Positions 13,652 to 26,849 of a stretch of 64,000 nt of DNA are shown here, one piece after another. This stretch comes from Chara braunii. Its lineage: Eukaryota; Plantae; Charophyceae. Numbering within the stretch: the first letter of the stretch is position 1; each line of letters opens with the position of its first letter. Location: assembly GCA_003427395.1 (NCBI GenBank), contig BFEA01000010.1:3082167-3146166 (forward strand), in the 5' to 3' direction. The notes under the pieces were generated by a model. The model worked only from the letters and a program-made list of their open reading frames with translations, was not told the DNA's origin and did no database searches. The translations under genes were made by a program, and so were the position numbers.

Positions 13652-14720
13652 GTGGACTTGCTGAGCCAATTCAAGTTTGTATCTGTATTCAAAAAAAATC
13701 AGTAGCCGCGATAAAGAATTGAGAGTAATACCATTGAGCTCTCATAAGAGTACATATAGACTCATGTAAATATTTGATTGCTTGCTCGTGGAGTAGAGCG
13801 TATGCCAAATTTTTTCTTCAACTACCCCGGAGTTTATACAATTTTGCTATAGTAATCAAATCACAAAAAAACGTTTTTCAAAGATATAAATTTTAAAAAG
13901 ATGAGATTATATTTTGCCACAAAGCTTAATCCGTTATTGGCTTTGTCCTCTCATCTGACTTCTTAGCCAATTAGGTAAATGAACACTTCCACAGATGAAT
14001 CCCCATTAATTAAGAACTTAGCAAGTGGATACACAACTTTCTTCAAAATAAATCGTTTCTTGCCCATCGAGCAGAATACGAAAGATGTAAAATTGACAAG
14101 ATTATCTCACGATATATTTTTTTTCCAATCTAAAAGAAACCTCTCCTATAGGACAAAATGATTACGAACTGTTCATTTATGACAAAATAGGCTTGAACTC
14201 AATTGAAAAGTGCAAAGAGTTGTGCATCTATCTTAAGGCCCACCTGATTTGATCAGTCAATAAGTCATTAAGCACACTATTAAGTAGACAAGTCCAAATG
14301 AAAACTCAAATTACCTTCTAAAGTTAATTTTCAACAAAAAATAAATTATGGTTAAAATTCAAGAATTAAAAAAAAAAAACATAATTGTTCTAGGTTAGCA
14401 CCGAAGACTAACTCTCAGGAGAAGGTAATGGTTCATTGTCAGAGGAGACATTGAAAAATTTCATTCATTAGTCACAATGAAAATTGAGTACTGTGAAAAT
14501 GGAGAACCAAAATACAAAGATAATTACCAGATATATGTAATTGTAACCTCATTTAACAATGATATATCGATTAACTCGGAGAATCCCTTGAGGTCAACCA
14601 TTTTCGTACATAAACTCAAGCAGTAATCAGCACCTCCCCCTCTTCCTCAATGGATATTTCTCTAAAAGAGAATAACCTAAGCAGTAGCAAAACACAACCA
14701 TGAAGACGACATGCTTGCTG

Positions 14721-15141
14721 CACCAAATGTTAACAGGGACCCCCATTATTCAGCCCTTAGGTAACAACCCCAACCTTGAAAAGTGCATTGGGGATCATTT
14801 TTTTCTTTTTTTTTTTGATTTTTTTTGCCCTATTTTATTTTTGGTCAAGGTCTGTGTGTGCCAAGTTTGGTGTTTGTTGGGGTCTTGGAGGTCACTATTT
14901 TGGCCAGCCCTGGAAAATCCTGAAAATCCTAAAAACTGAAAAGAGTGAATTTTGCATGAAAATGCACTTTTGCCATGGGGTGTAAGGCCCTTTTGATCAT
15001 ATATATATATATATATTGTTGTTGGTTTATTTAGTGTCCACTCTATGGACTGGTGACAAGTCTGACGTAAAAGGTATGTGACGTTTGTTAGAATGACCCT
15101 GAAAAAATCCTGAAAATTTAGGACTATGTTAACCTCTTCTC
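14721..15141 (+). mobile_element. Short non-autonomous element with the same terminus type
   Basis: Starts CACCAAATGTTAAC, ends GTTAACCTCTTCTC; flanks gcttgctg/acttgctg (7/8 TSD); related sequence at ~50235-50290 (inverted) and 51283-51327. Confidence 0.7.
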
Positions 15142-15254
15142 ACTTGCTGGTATGAATCTCATTACAATAGGAAGAGGTGACATTAATATCTCCAATCTTC
15201 AATCTCTCACAAGCGGTTAATGAAAATAAGAAAACATAAAACGAGAATGAAATT

Positions 15255-15520
15255 ATTTCGTTGGCGAGCAAGTTTTTCCCACAGGAAGATTGATTAAACA
15301 AAAGGTGGGAATACCAATGGGGAAAAGAAGCAGCCCCCCATTGGCATGTATCCTCTGCGCAATGAACGAGTATAACTTCTTGATGAGTTTGGGGCAGGAC
15401 AGGCAGCTAGTGAGAGGAATGAGATTAATTGATGATGTATCCATCTTCATTTGGTGCCCGATGAAGAACGAAGAGGAACGAAGACAAAGGATCATGGAAA
15501 TTTGTGCGACAGCATGCACT
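15255..15520 (+). pseudogene. Penelope-like reverse transcriptase fragment
   Basis: IKQKVGIPMGKRSSPPLACIL...RGMRLIDDVSIF matches the QxxGxPMGxxxSP and (Y)xDD motifs of PLE/TERT-type RTs. Confidence 0.75.
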
Positions 15521-16106
15521 GGCATGGGAAAAATGGGCAGGAAGGTTCGGAAACTGGTGAAGGGAAGTCAAGTAGGAAACAGGTAAGGGAGAGATAGGGA
15601 GAGAGAGAGAAAGAGAGAGAGTGAGAGAGAGAAGGCGAGGCGATGAAGAGAGGGGGAGAGAGGGGGAGAGAGGGGGAGAGAGAGAAGGGGAGGCAATGAA
15701 GGGAAGGGGACTCGGAGGCGATGGGGAAAACCGGGACGTAGGATTGGGAATAGGATTGATGAGGATTAAAATAAAGGTCCTGAATTGGAACCGATGTGGT
15801 ATGCAGGGGTTAACTTGGGGAGTAGTAGGTAAGATGGTACNGTGCGGTTTCGAACCCGCGACCTTTGGAAGTCGAAGGAAAAAGAAAAACCGTACCGCTG
15901 GGTGGTACTTGACAAGAGTGGAACCGGGACGGAAGCCTCTAGACCTCGGGAGTTACGATTACCGGTTACGTATGGATCGGGCCATGGGTACCAGGAAAAA
16001 GGCGGGTAACAATTGGAACAAAGGGGAGGGACCGACAAAGTCGGATACGAATGGGAATCGGCGGCAATATATATACTTTAGAATTAGTTTGTCCGAACAT
16101 CTCGGA

Positions 16107-16153
16107 GCCCCCTGATGAAGCCGCTTCTGGCGAGTGGCCGAAACTAGTAGGGG
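16107..16153 (+). ncRNA. Type I hammerhead ribozyme (minimal, PLE type)
   Basis: cccc-CTGATGA-a-gccgct-loop-agtggc-c-GAAA-ctag-TA-gggg: intact catalytic core, stems I and II, and a short palindromic stem III; TATATATA at ~16068. Confidence 0.85.
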
Positions 16154-16606
16154 ACGCACCAGCCTTCGCGCTCTGCGGAACTTGACTTGGATCTANCGGT
16201 CGGGGCGGGGAGGACTGTTCCATAGCNTTGGCTATGGACCATCTGTTGACTCGGTGCTTCACTCTGTTTTGATTGAGTCTATTTTCGAGATTGTTTATCC
16301 ACATGCTCAGCCGTGGTCAGCGCGGTCATGTGTTGTGTCAGTCTGTTGACGANATCTCTTCTCTTTCATCAAGGAATCGCAGTGGCAACCTGNCGGNGGA
16401 ATCTTACCNGTGCCGGGTGGCCCTGTAGCCGNAGAAGNAGNGCTGGAACTATAGGAGGTACTGGTGTTANGAAGAGTACGGTGAANGAGCNGAGAAGCAA
16501 GGACGTGANGTTTGTGCNATCGACGAGGTATGCTGTGTGTTTGAAGACGACGACGTGGGACGGCGACAGAACGAGAAGAAAAGCATATAGGTAGTACGAA
16601 GTTGGA

Positions 16607-17431
16607 TTGAAGCGGCTGACGAAGACGTCTAGCAACGGAAACCAGACTGGAGGAGGAGGAAATGGTGGAAATGGAGGAGGCAACGGAGGAGGAAACGGAG
16701 GAGGGAACAACGGAGGGGGAAATGGTGATGGGGGCGGGGGATGGAACGAAAACAATGGAGGCGGTGGTGGTAATTGGAACGGAGGAGGAAATTGGAACGG
16801 TAATGGTAACGGAGGTAACGAAAATGGCGGGGGTTGGAATGGAAACGGAGGTGGGAATAGTGGAAATTGGAACAACAATGGCAATTGGAATGGTAATGGT
16901 GGTGGAGGGGGAAACTGGAATAACGGAGGTAACAACTGGAATAGAAATGGGGGTAGAGGAGGTGGGAATAATGATAGGAACTGGGGAGGTGGCGACTGGA
17001 AACGTTCAGCTAAGTGCTATAATTGCAACCAATACGGGCATATCAGCCGGGAGTGTAACGCACCAAGACAGTATGGAGGCAACAGAGGCGGCGGGCGTAA
17101 CAACGATGGAGCCAGTAGCTCAACCGCGGCGAACGAACCAGCCCAAGGAAGTGGATGTGGAATGAGTAAGGACTTGGAGGAAACACTGCGAAGAGTATGT
17201 CTGTATTCGACCAGGCAGATGGAGAGGGAGGAGAGAGAGGAAACTGAAGGTCGGGAAAGAGAAGGAAGACGTAGGCAGGAGGAAGCCGAGAGAGCCGCAC
17301 GTGAGGAGAAGAATAGACTGGAGTTGGAGAAGCAGAAAGCCAAGGAGAAAAAAGAAGTAGAACGGGAATGGAAAGTTCAAATGCGTCTGGCAAAGCAAAA
17401 GGAAACGATGCGAGAAGAGTCAGGGAGGTGA
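16607..17431 (+). CDS. Gag-like ORF of the retroelement (GNW low-complexity repeat, CCHC zinc knuckle, coiled coil); disrupted, continues by frameshift to ~17720
   Basis: CYNCNQYGHISREC knuckle; E/R/K-rich helix; lies downstream of the TATA box and hammerhead. Confidence 0.7.
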   Translation: MKRLTKTSSNGNQTGGGGNGGNGGGNGGGNGGGNNGGGNGDGGGGWNENNGGGGGNWNGGGNWNGNGNGGNENGGGWNGNGGGNSGNWNNNGNWNGNGGGGGNWNNGGNNWNRNGGRGGGNNDRNWGGGDWKRSAKCYNCNQYGHISRECNAPRQYGGNRGGGRNNDGASSSTAANEPAQGSGCGMSKDLEETLRRVCLYSTRQMEREEREETEGREREGRRRQEEAERAAREEKNRLELEKQKAKEKKEVEREWKVQMRLAKQKETMREESGR

Positions 17432-20129
17432 TGTTCGAGAAGAAGTTAAAAAACGTGGTGGTGTCGCGAAGGGCCTTGAAAGGGAAAGCCAGGGAGGTAC
17501 TATCGAGCTCAGAAGATGACGATCAGATCGAAGACAGACTGGAGAAGAGAAAGCGGCAACCGCCCGTGTGTCAAGCTAGCTCACCAGGGGAATCGCCGAC
17601 AAAGGTGGGGAAGGCTTCAACATCGAACCCTGTTGAAGAAGGGGAAGAACTGTCTCCAAGATTGAGGGTACCTCGGCGAAGAAATCGGACAGATGGAGTT
17701 GAGCTGGGCTATCCGTATCAGGACTCACCCCTCTCGGAAGGGGCACCGGTGAAAAATATTTAGAAGTCTGACTTCATATGACTCCTTCTCACGGTAGTAC
17801 TTCGTTCCACACGTCTGTATTCAGTTGTCGACAACAACTCTGGAAAGTGATACAAATCATTTATAGAAGCAACTGATATCAGTGAGCTTGAGCCTGCTCG
17901 AGATCTCTCAAACCGCTCTAGTACACGCCAATAATCGACTCGTGAACAACTATAGAATACAATCAATGGTGTCCATGGACAAACGTAGATGGCAAAGACG
18001 TGCTGCTCCCCACTAATAGATGGAGCCATCCAAAAACAGGGTCTGCTAATGAAAGATGCTCCCATCACCTCCATTAGCAACATCCACGACAAAAGGATGT
18101 TCCCCCCCCCCAAAAAAAAGAAAAAAAACGGCGAAGAAAATATCCCCCGTTATGAGACATGCGTGCTAACAATGACGTCAACCACAAAGTACACACACGT
18201 CTTATGAAGGTCTGACTTATCCCTTTCGTGCGTGCCACCACTACCCAATGCAGATGTTTGCCCATTCTTGCCTCGCCTTCGTCCGTAACCACCTTGCGGT
18301 CAGTTCTATCGTCATGAGTTGGCTTCAGGGCCGTCATCCAGAAAGGCTGGAGGTGGGTGGTCCTTCAACCACTGATCCAGTCCGTACCAGGACTGGGTCG
18401 TCTCGTCACTTTCCGCATTCTCTGCATTTGAGTCGTGATCCAACTGCTATTGTTCAATTTTTGTGGTCCCATTGAAAGTTTCCTCTTCGTGGTAACTTGG
18501 TAAGCAATAATGACCTGCAGTGTCACAGCTATGCCATCCCCAGGTTACGGGCATCAATAATGGATCCTTGTATATTATCATCCCCTCTCATCTCTTGCTC
18601 CTTCCCTATATAAACATTAATTTTCAACTTAGCTAATCTGTCATATTTACTAAAATTTGGGATAGCATCTACTACTACTCCCTCGCCATTTTTAGGCTCA
18701 TACTCCATAAGTACTTTAAGTGTTTGGGCCCATAGCAGTGAAGGCCCTTGCGGTAGGTCATGGTTGCACTCTCCCGTAATAGGCAAAGTCTAATGCAGCC
18801 AACGCTTATCTACACGCTTGCACACACGATGCACACAAGTTGTCAAGCTACTAGGCTCCGACAGCAACGACATGAGCGCCTCACCTCTGACAGCGCAACT
18901 CCTTGTGTGCGCCTACTACCAATAGTGAAGTGATTTTGCAACTACGTTTTCTTTATAAATCTCAAAAACGTTGCGGTTCCGCTAGTGATAGAGATGGAGA
19001 TGGAGGAAGAAGGGGGGAGCAAGATGCACAGCGCAGCTCCGCACGCAAGACTCCAGCGCACGAACTCCAAAATGTGCAAGTGTAGAATGAGTCCGAAAAA
19101 CAGACAATGGTTGGGGTATACCCCAGCGGACTGACGAACTGGACTGGACTGGCTGGTACCGATAGAGGTACCGGCCTGGACTGGACTGGACAGGACTGCC
19201 CCCGAATAGAACACAGGCCTGAGAGAACAGGCCAAGGGGCTGGTCTCACAGGCCAACCGGAGGTCCGTTACAACCAAGGTCTTAGGTTGAGGTGCAGAAG
19301 CAAGGAAGTTGTGTCGTAAACCGACGAATCGGCAACCGACCTGTTATCAGTGATAACAGAAGATAATGCTTGGTAGGATCAGGTTGAACAAGTCAAGCCT
19401 TTAATTGAATTTGCAGCCCTGCATCACAGTACAGGCCAAATAGAACCACTACTACGTTTGAGCCAAAAAGAGAACGTGTTCGATCTCATAGCCTAACTCC
19501 CCTACTAACGTTCACGTTACCTCCCTCAAAGTCATCCATAACTCTGGCATTGTCTTGCCAAAGTTTTCCCTAACAGAAAATAATATAACTCTCCGGATTT
19601 CACAAATTTAGGCAGCGCTCCCCGTAGGAAAAGTGTCTTTCCGGAATTTTCAGGCGTAAAAAAAAAATGACGAACTCCTTCAGATTTGAAACAATTTTGG
19701 CAGCGCTTCCCGTAGGAAAAGGAGACTGCCAAGATTTATACAAAGCTGAAAATGCAAAGACAAAACATAACTATGCTTGAGACAACCTTCTGACACTTAC
19801 CTGATAGTTAAAACCGGAGATAGTCTACATGTTCCCTTCTTGAAGATGGCATCGTGAGCTAACACCTAGTCTACCTAGTAGAGTCAGTCCTATCTTATCC
19901 CAAGTTCCCCATCATCCATCTCGTCTACCTATAGTTCCAGCACTCGGCGAGCATCTAAAGCGACTAAGCTATCAAAAAGGAAATTCCCAGAGATGCCCTA
20001 AAAGAAACATACATAGGCGAGTACAACAACATCTCTCACCAACCCACAGGTTCCTTTCCAGGTCCATAGTTCGTTCAAAAAAGCCTCGTTATTCCCTTTT
20101 TACCCTTCCTTACTTAAGACATAGGATCA

Positions 20130-21365
20130 TGCAACCCAACTTATGGATGTGACTGACCTGCCAACTTATATGGCTAGACCACACCAACTCATGGTGCCCT
20201 AACCTGGTAAAACAAGTATATGTAAGGCATAGGACCAAACCACACCAACTTATGGTGTGACCAGTTTCTGCCTAAACGATTGACATAAGCCGTATGACCG
20301 GGCCACACCAACTTATGGTGAGGCTAGTCAGCCTGAACGCTCAGCATACACAAAGAACTAAACCTCCTCAACTCATGAGGGGCCAACCTTAGCCTGAACA
20401 ACGACAAAAGGCATATGACCAGAACACAACAACTTATGTTGTGTCCAACCAGCCCATACAGTGACAAATAGCATAAAACTAGGCTACTAAACTTATGAGC
20501 AGTCTAGCACTTCCTAAACAACAACAAGCGCGTGTGACTAAACAACCCGCAACTTATGCGTTCGCTCAACCTCCACAACACAACTACATCCAACAAATAG
20601 AGTCACTCTCAATTTCTGTCTTCCGACGAGTGGTCAGGTCACCTCAACTCATGAGACTCCCCATCCAAACATCAGTTTATATTTAGAAAGGGAAATAGTC
20701 AAACTTTATATACCTCTCTGTTTTTGCGTTATCAAGGACATAAGACCAACTACCCAACTTTTGGATGAGTCGGCCTGCCCAAAGTTACCATACAATTTTG
20801 TATTGTTCATCTTCCTTCCCTCTGCTTTGTCTGCTACCGGCTTATATGGCTGGTTGTCCCAACTTATGGCGCCTAGCCTGCCATAAATATACATAATAAA
20901 TAAAGTATCATATTGTATACACCGATTCTTTTTATAATGGCGGCTCATAACTTGACCACACCAACTTATGGTGCGAATAGTCTTGTCTGAACAATAATCA
21001 TAAGGCATAGGACTAATCCACACCAACTTATGATGTGGTCAGTTTCTGCCTAAACAATCGACATAAGGCGTATGACCGGGCCGCACCAACTTATGGTGAG
21101 ACTGGTCAGCCTGAACATTCGACATACACAAAGAAGTGAATCCCCTCAACTTATGAGGAGTCCAGCCTCTGCTTGAACAAACGACGAGAGGCATATGACC
21201 AGAACACAACAACTTATGTTGTGTCCCGGCCAACCTAAACAGTTATACATGGCGTAGAGCCAGACTACCCAACTTATGAGTAGTCTAGCCCAACCTAGAC
21301 ATAACCACATGTGCGAAGAACTGAACAGCCCGTAACTTATGCGTTCGCCCAGCCTTAGCAACATA
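20130..21365. repeat. Array of CCAACTTATG-core units, including a ~400-bp block duplicated at ~780-bp spacing
   Basis: 20223 taaggcataggac.aa.ccacaccaacttatg recurs at 21001; equivalent CCAATCTTATG units at 54050-54740. Confidence 0.75.
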
Positions 21366-23264
21366 AGTCACAATTCTGTGTTGTCTGAATTCACACTGAT
21401 AATATGAATTAAACCAATACATACTTGTCAGTTTTACTTTTCAAAATATGTCATGAAATTAAACAAATAGACAAACAATTATCCTTCCCAGTCATACTTA
21501 CAGTCAGGCAATAGCAAAAGGATAATATAGTTTAGAGATAGGATCACACGCGTAAAACGAGCATTATACCTGAGTATTCCTTGCCTCAAGAACCCCGCCT
21601 AGGCTCCGGCAGAGCTCCCGCAGTCGGTGGGTGGACCTCCCACAATGTCTTGATGCGGACCTACGGGTTGCAATCCCGCCTGTCGCCTTCCTCTCAGCAC
21701 CAATAGATTAGACTTAGACTGAGAAGGGCAGAAGATAGATATGTCAGACTCTCGAGATCCAAGAGAGGGACAAACTCAACTCGCAAGAGAGGGCCTTGAA
21801 ATCTTGAGTCTCCTAAGGGCCCCGCAATGGCAGCCAAATATTGCAGCCAGATGGCCAACTCGAAGCCGAAACTCAGAACAATAATCCCCTGACAACCTCC
21901 AAATTGCAACAGTCGGCCCCTTTTTGTAGAGCCTGATTACTATTCTTAAAATCTCAACACCTCTCTTCCAACCAGAGCGTTCCTACGCAACCTAAGAATG
22001 CTGCGTTCAAACAGAGCACACCCCTGTGCTCAGCTCGAGTACAGGCTATAACAGCCCCTGACAGCAGTACTAACCAGCCGCCCCACTGTAGAAAGGAACT
22101 GTAGCGGTGCACTGCAGCAGCGCACAGCTAGGGGCAGCCCGCCTGAACAGTAAAATGTACAGCAATCTGCACCGCAACGTGCAGGGAGTGTATTGTGAAA
22201 GGCACAACGTCCGCTGTGTAGCGGCTAGTTTCATAGCACGGCAATAGCACAGGGGAAACACTGCAAAGCATACCCTTCAAGCAGCAGCAAAGCCGCCAAA
22301 CTTTGGGCCGAACCGAAGTTGTGGACTTAACGAGAAGTCACTGCCTCCCTGCAACAGTTCACTCTCAAGCCTCTCTCAGCGGACCGTGGCAAGAGGTTTG
22401 CATACCTCCAGGCTCAACAATTCAACCTTTGGTTAGGCACTTGAGTTGCAGCATCCCGCACCCTACCAGCTGCAGTATGTAGTGAAAGCAGTCCAAGGCA
22501 TGGTAATCCACAGTGATGCACTGCGAAACAGAGCGAAGCATAGTAAATCGGAAGACACATACAAAAACGCAGTCAGGACTACAAAGGCCCTGAACGCTGA
22601 AGGAGAGTCAGTCCACAACCCCAGCTGTCAACGGGCGTGAATACTTTGCTTTACCCACCACAACAAACGAATCCCCTCCTCTCAGCAACGCCCAGCGTCC
22701 AGACTGTCAACCACACAGTTATTCGACCGAAAGTGAGCAGCATGGCCGAAGTTCATACAGATATCGAGCACGCAGGCCACCAGCGGTAATAGCTTGGCTC
22801 CACAACCAGCTATCCTTTGTAGCAGCCTGACTCTATGTTAAGAACTATCTATTACGAGGCATAGTAGGTTGACTAGTAATCCCGTGTTGCCGATTGCCAC
22901 AGCCACACCGGCTGCTGAGAAGGCAATCTCTTGTTGTGGAGCAATTGACAATACCTCAATTACCGAAAAACAATTCTTGTCAAATGTGTAAGTAATAACC
23001 TTCCTGTTAATTAGCAATTCCCCGATACTGTTTGAGCTTGGCTATTTTTCCCTTTCTGCGGCTTGGTGCTGTTGGGAACACCGCACCTTGAATCTACCAC
23101 TTGCTACTAGGGAGAAAGTCAACCTTATAGCAGAACTTTGTGTGATCAGCAACAATGTTCGCATAAAACGAGCATCAGCAGCCCGCTGCCAAAAGAACCC
23201 GTAGCCATAGCAGTAATTCAGCGAGCACTGACCTCAATTGTAGCGGACAAACAGTCATGCAGTC

Positions 23265-23465
23265 AACAGACTCCAGGCCTGGGAGTGTTTTTGGTCACAC
23301 AACCCTGCACCACAGACTCAGGCCTCGTTGTGTTTTCGTCACACAGCCCAACTCGACAGACTCAGGCCTTGTTGTGTTTTGGTCACACAGCCCAGCTCGA
23401 CAGACTCAGGCCTGGGCTAGTTTTGGTCACAAAGCCCAACTCGACAGACTCAGGCCTGGGCTTGT
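23265..23465. repeat. ~39-bp tandem repeat (cacacagcccaactcgacagactcaggcct); related array at 25445-25595
   Basis: Directly visible tandem units. Confidence 0.8.
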
Positions 23466-23904
23466 GTGATGAACCCAGTCTGGTGCATGCTCAGAAGTCG
23501 TCAAGCACAAGTAATCCCAATATTTGCAACAAAAGTCTCTAAATCGTGAAGTGATAATTCAATCAGTATCTCATTACCATTAGACGAAGAGAGTGGTGAG
23601 AGATCAGACAAAAAAGAAGGTGGAGAAGAATCAATAATCATCAAGAGAATATTCCGACAATCCCACTCCTTTTCCAGGCTGCTCCCCTCCCTCGCACAAT
23701 CAATCAGTAACCAACAATGATGTTGTTCAATCCTGATCACAATGAAGTGCCACATGGCACAATTCTCATATGAAGGCCGTGAAGACCAACAGCAGCGAAA
23801 CGGTAGCAACATCAAACTCAAGTATGTATCTCGATCCAGACTTAACCAAAGATCCCGATTTTCCTCCCTGTCGTAATCAGACACCTCATGTAAACAGCGT
23901 GCCA

Positions 23905-25035
23905 CTTGCCACATCAGCAGCGTAGACAGGTGGCATACGCCACATCATTAATGAAATTAGGTGGCCACACCACCTCCGAATGAATACATGTGGCAAGCGC
24001 CATATCAGCAATGACGACTCGTGGCCTCACAACATCAACACTGCAGGTAAGTAGCTGCGCCACATCAACGTGACAGACAGGTGACAGCCCACGTCCTCAA
24101 TGCAGGTAAGTTGCTGCGCCACATCAGCGTGACAGACAGGTGGCAGCCCACGTCCTCAATACAAGTAAGTTGTTGCGCCACATCAGCGTGACAGACAGGT
24201 GGCAGCCCACATCATTAAAGAAGACAGATGGCCGCACCACCTCCAAATGAAGACACGTGGCAAGCGCCACATCAGCAATGCCGTGTAGACCATAGGCAGT
24301 GCCACATATACCAGAGGCAGCGCCATATCAGCAGGCCACGTAGACTCTGGGCAGCGCCACATATACCAGAGGCAGCGCCACTTCAGCAGGCCACGTAGAC
24401 CATAGGCAGCGCCACATATAGCAGAGGCAGCGCCACATCAGNNNNNNNNNNNNNNNNNNNNNNNNNNNNNNNNNNNNNNNNNNNNNNNNNNNNNNNNNNN
24501 NNNNNNNNNNNNNNNNNNNNNNNNNNNNNNNNNNNNNNNNNNNNNNNNNNNNNNNNNNNNNNNNNNNNNNNNNNNNNNNNNNNNNNNNNNNNNNNNNNNN
24601 NNNNNNNNNNNNNNNNNNNNNNNNNNNNNNNNNNNNNNNNNNNNNNNNNNNNNNNNNNNNNNNNNNNNNNNNNNNNNNNNNNNNNNNNNNNNNNNNNNNN
24701 NNNNNNNNNNNNNNNNNNNNNNNNNNNNNNNNNNNNNNNNNNNNNNNNNNNNNNNNNNNNNNNNNNNNNNNNNNNNAGGCAGCGCCACATCAGCAGGCTA
24801 CGTAGACCCTGGGCAGCGCCACATATACCAGAGGCAGTGCCACTTCAGCAGGCCACGTAGACCATAGGCAGCGCCACTTCAGCAGGCCACGTAGACCATA
24901 GGCAGCGCCACATATACCAGAGGCAGCACCACATCAGCAGGCCACGTAGACCCTGGGCAGCGCCACATCAGCATGCTACATAGGTGGCCGCGCCATGTCA
25001 GCATGACAGACAGATGGCAGCGCCACATCAGTAAT
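23905..25035. repeat. GC-rich minisatellite with GCAGCGCCACAT core, interrupted by an assembly gap
   Basis: More than 25 core copies on both sides of the N-run 24442-24776. Confidence 0.85.
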
Positions 25036-25642
25036 GTCTGGCGCCTGTAGTAGAGTGTGCCAGCATTCCGCCTCAATGCTGTGTCGTCGCTTGTAGAGCT
25101 TGTGCCCAGCCAGCGTCCAGCCAGCGTCGTGCCAGCATAATGCCGACGTCAAGTCAAAGTCAAGCCAGCGTTGAACCAGCATAGCAAGACTGAATGCTGA
25201 CTACCTAGAAGTCCAACTTTAAGTAGTGTTTGGCGAGGCTCTCTGGCCTCGAGTCTCCTCCCCTCAGTCGTCCAGATTGAGTTACAGCCGAAGGCTTGGA
25301 TTGTACAGTTGCAGAGTTCCCACTTGGACTTGATGTTGTCTGGGTACCTGCATACAAACAAGTGTGTCTGCTTGACCGGCGGCCTAGACTGGGTACCTTT
25401 CACTCTACAGTTGACTGTGACCCTTGAATTTCTTGTATGCAGTGCTTGGTCACACAGCCGAACGCAGCCTACTCAGGCCTGGGCATGTCTTGGTCACACA
25501 GCCAACGCAACATACTCAGGCCTGGGCGTGTCTTGATCACACAGCCTAGCGCAGCATACTCAGGCCTGGGCGTGTCTTGGTCACACAGCCCAGCGCAAAC
25601 CCATTTCAGGTTTGAGTTGCCCGAGGCTGAGTTCTGAGCCCC

Positions 25643-25732
25643 GGGCTACTTCTAAACAGGATTACTATACTTCACACGGGCCATGCTAAACTTCTCTGTA
25701 TCGTTCCACTTTCAGCGGATGTCCCGAAGGAC
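25643..25732 (-). ncRNA. U6 snRNA-derived sequence (5' ~55 nt near canonical, 3' part diverged)
   Basis: GTCCTTCGGGACATCCGCTGAAAGTGGAACGATACAGAGAAGTTTAGCATGGCCC: 5' UUCG stem-loop, intact ACAGAGA box and AGC triad; no adjacent T-run. Confidence 0.85.
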
Positions 25733-25817
25733 TGTGGCCATGTGACGGCCTTGAGATATCATCATTAAGCTGACCGACCGCAGGCAACTCGAAAATAGTT
25801 GGTTTTACTCATCAAGT

Positions 25818-25890
25818 TCCAACATCTGGATTCGAACACAAGACTGTATTTCAACAGTTCATGGGAGTACCCACTGAGCTAGGCTCTTGG
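25818..25890 (-). ncRNA. tRNA-like Pol III module upstream of the U6-like segment
   Basis: A box TAGCTCAGTGG, B box TGTTCGAATCC. Confidence 0.65.
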
Positions 25891-26114
25891 GTTAATGGTC
25901 TATCTTGGTACCAATATCGGACCGCGCCCCAAAATAAAAATAAAAGAAATGGGAATAAAAATAGGAAGAAAGAAATAAGGGACCTACCTGGTACTCCCTC
26001 GGCCCCTGTCGGCCGGGCCATTTGTCGGACTCCCCAGCAAAACTAAGGGAGGTAGTCCCACAAGACCCTCAATCCCTCAGCTTTCCTCCATGGCGCTCCT
26101 TTACTCCTCCCCTG

Positions 26115-26190
26115 CTGACTGCTGGCTTCGATCCTAGGGTCTTCATGGTGTCAGTCCAAAGTCTTAACCTATAAGGCTAAGCCCAAGCTT
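26115..26190 (-). ncRNA. Second tRNA-like module in E1
   Basis: TAGCCTTATAGGTTAAGAC (A box/D-loop-like) and GGATCGAAGCC (B-box-like), the same variant as at 38101-38113. Confidence 0.55.
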
Positions 26191-26849
26191 GAAGATAATA
26201 GGCGCGGACTTGACTATAACGACGTCCGTTATAGGCCTAAGCCTGTTGGGCTGTACAAAAGGCCGTATTTAGGCACACTGGCCATATGTGTCGGCCCTTG
26301 CCGTATGAAGGGGTCAATTTTGTCTGTCGCCGTTGTGCACCCCATCTTTCTCACCAGGTTACCTTCCTGAAAAAACTGCACTTTTACCCCCTATGCGTCG
26401 GAAAAACCCCGGCTTTCATGGTGCCTCCCGTGGCTTCTACCGTTGACCAATATCATAATCGACCTTGGAAGTCCCGTCTTCGCACCTTACTAATCCAGAG
26501 CCGTAGCAAGTGAGTCAAGCGGATCCGATAACCAAAACCTAGCTCCGACCATCACTGCCGGTCTCGAATGGGAATGTGCACCGCGCCCGCTATTGCAGCC
26601 TCTTCCCATTCCCTTTCTAGCTCATGCTACTAGGCGCAAGCGCCGCTCTCCTAACCAAGTGCCTGCCTAAAATACCTTTTGTGCCCTCAAAGTGCACACT
26701 CACGCACTCTCTAATCAGATAAAACAGTGAGTGTCATTCCCAACCTCTGAGAGTTGATTGTGGTTACTCAGAAAAGGGACACTCTCTCGGATACCGTTGA
26801 AAATGCACCTTTTGTGAGATGTAAAAATGTGCCAAAATACCCTTGTAAG

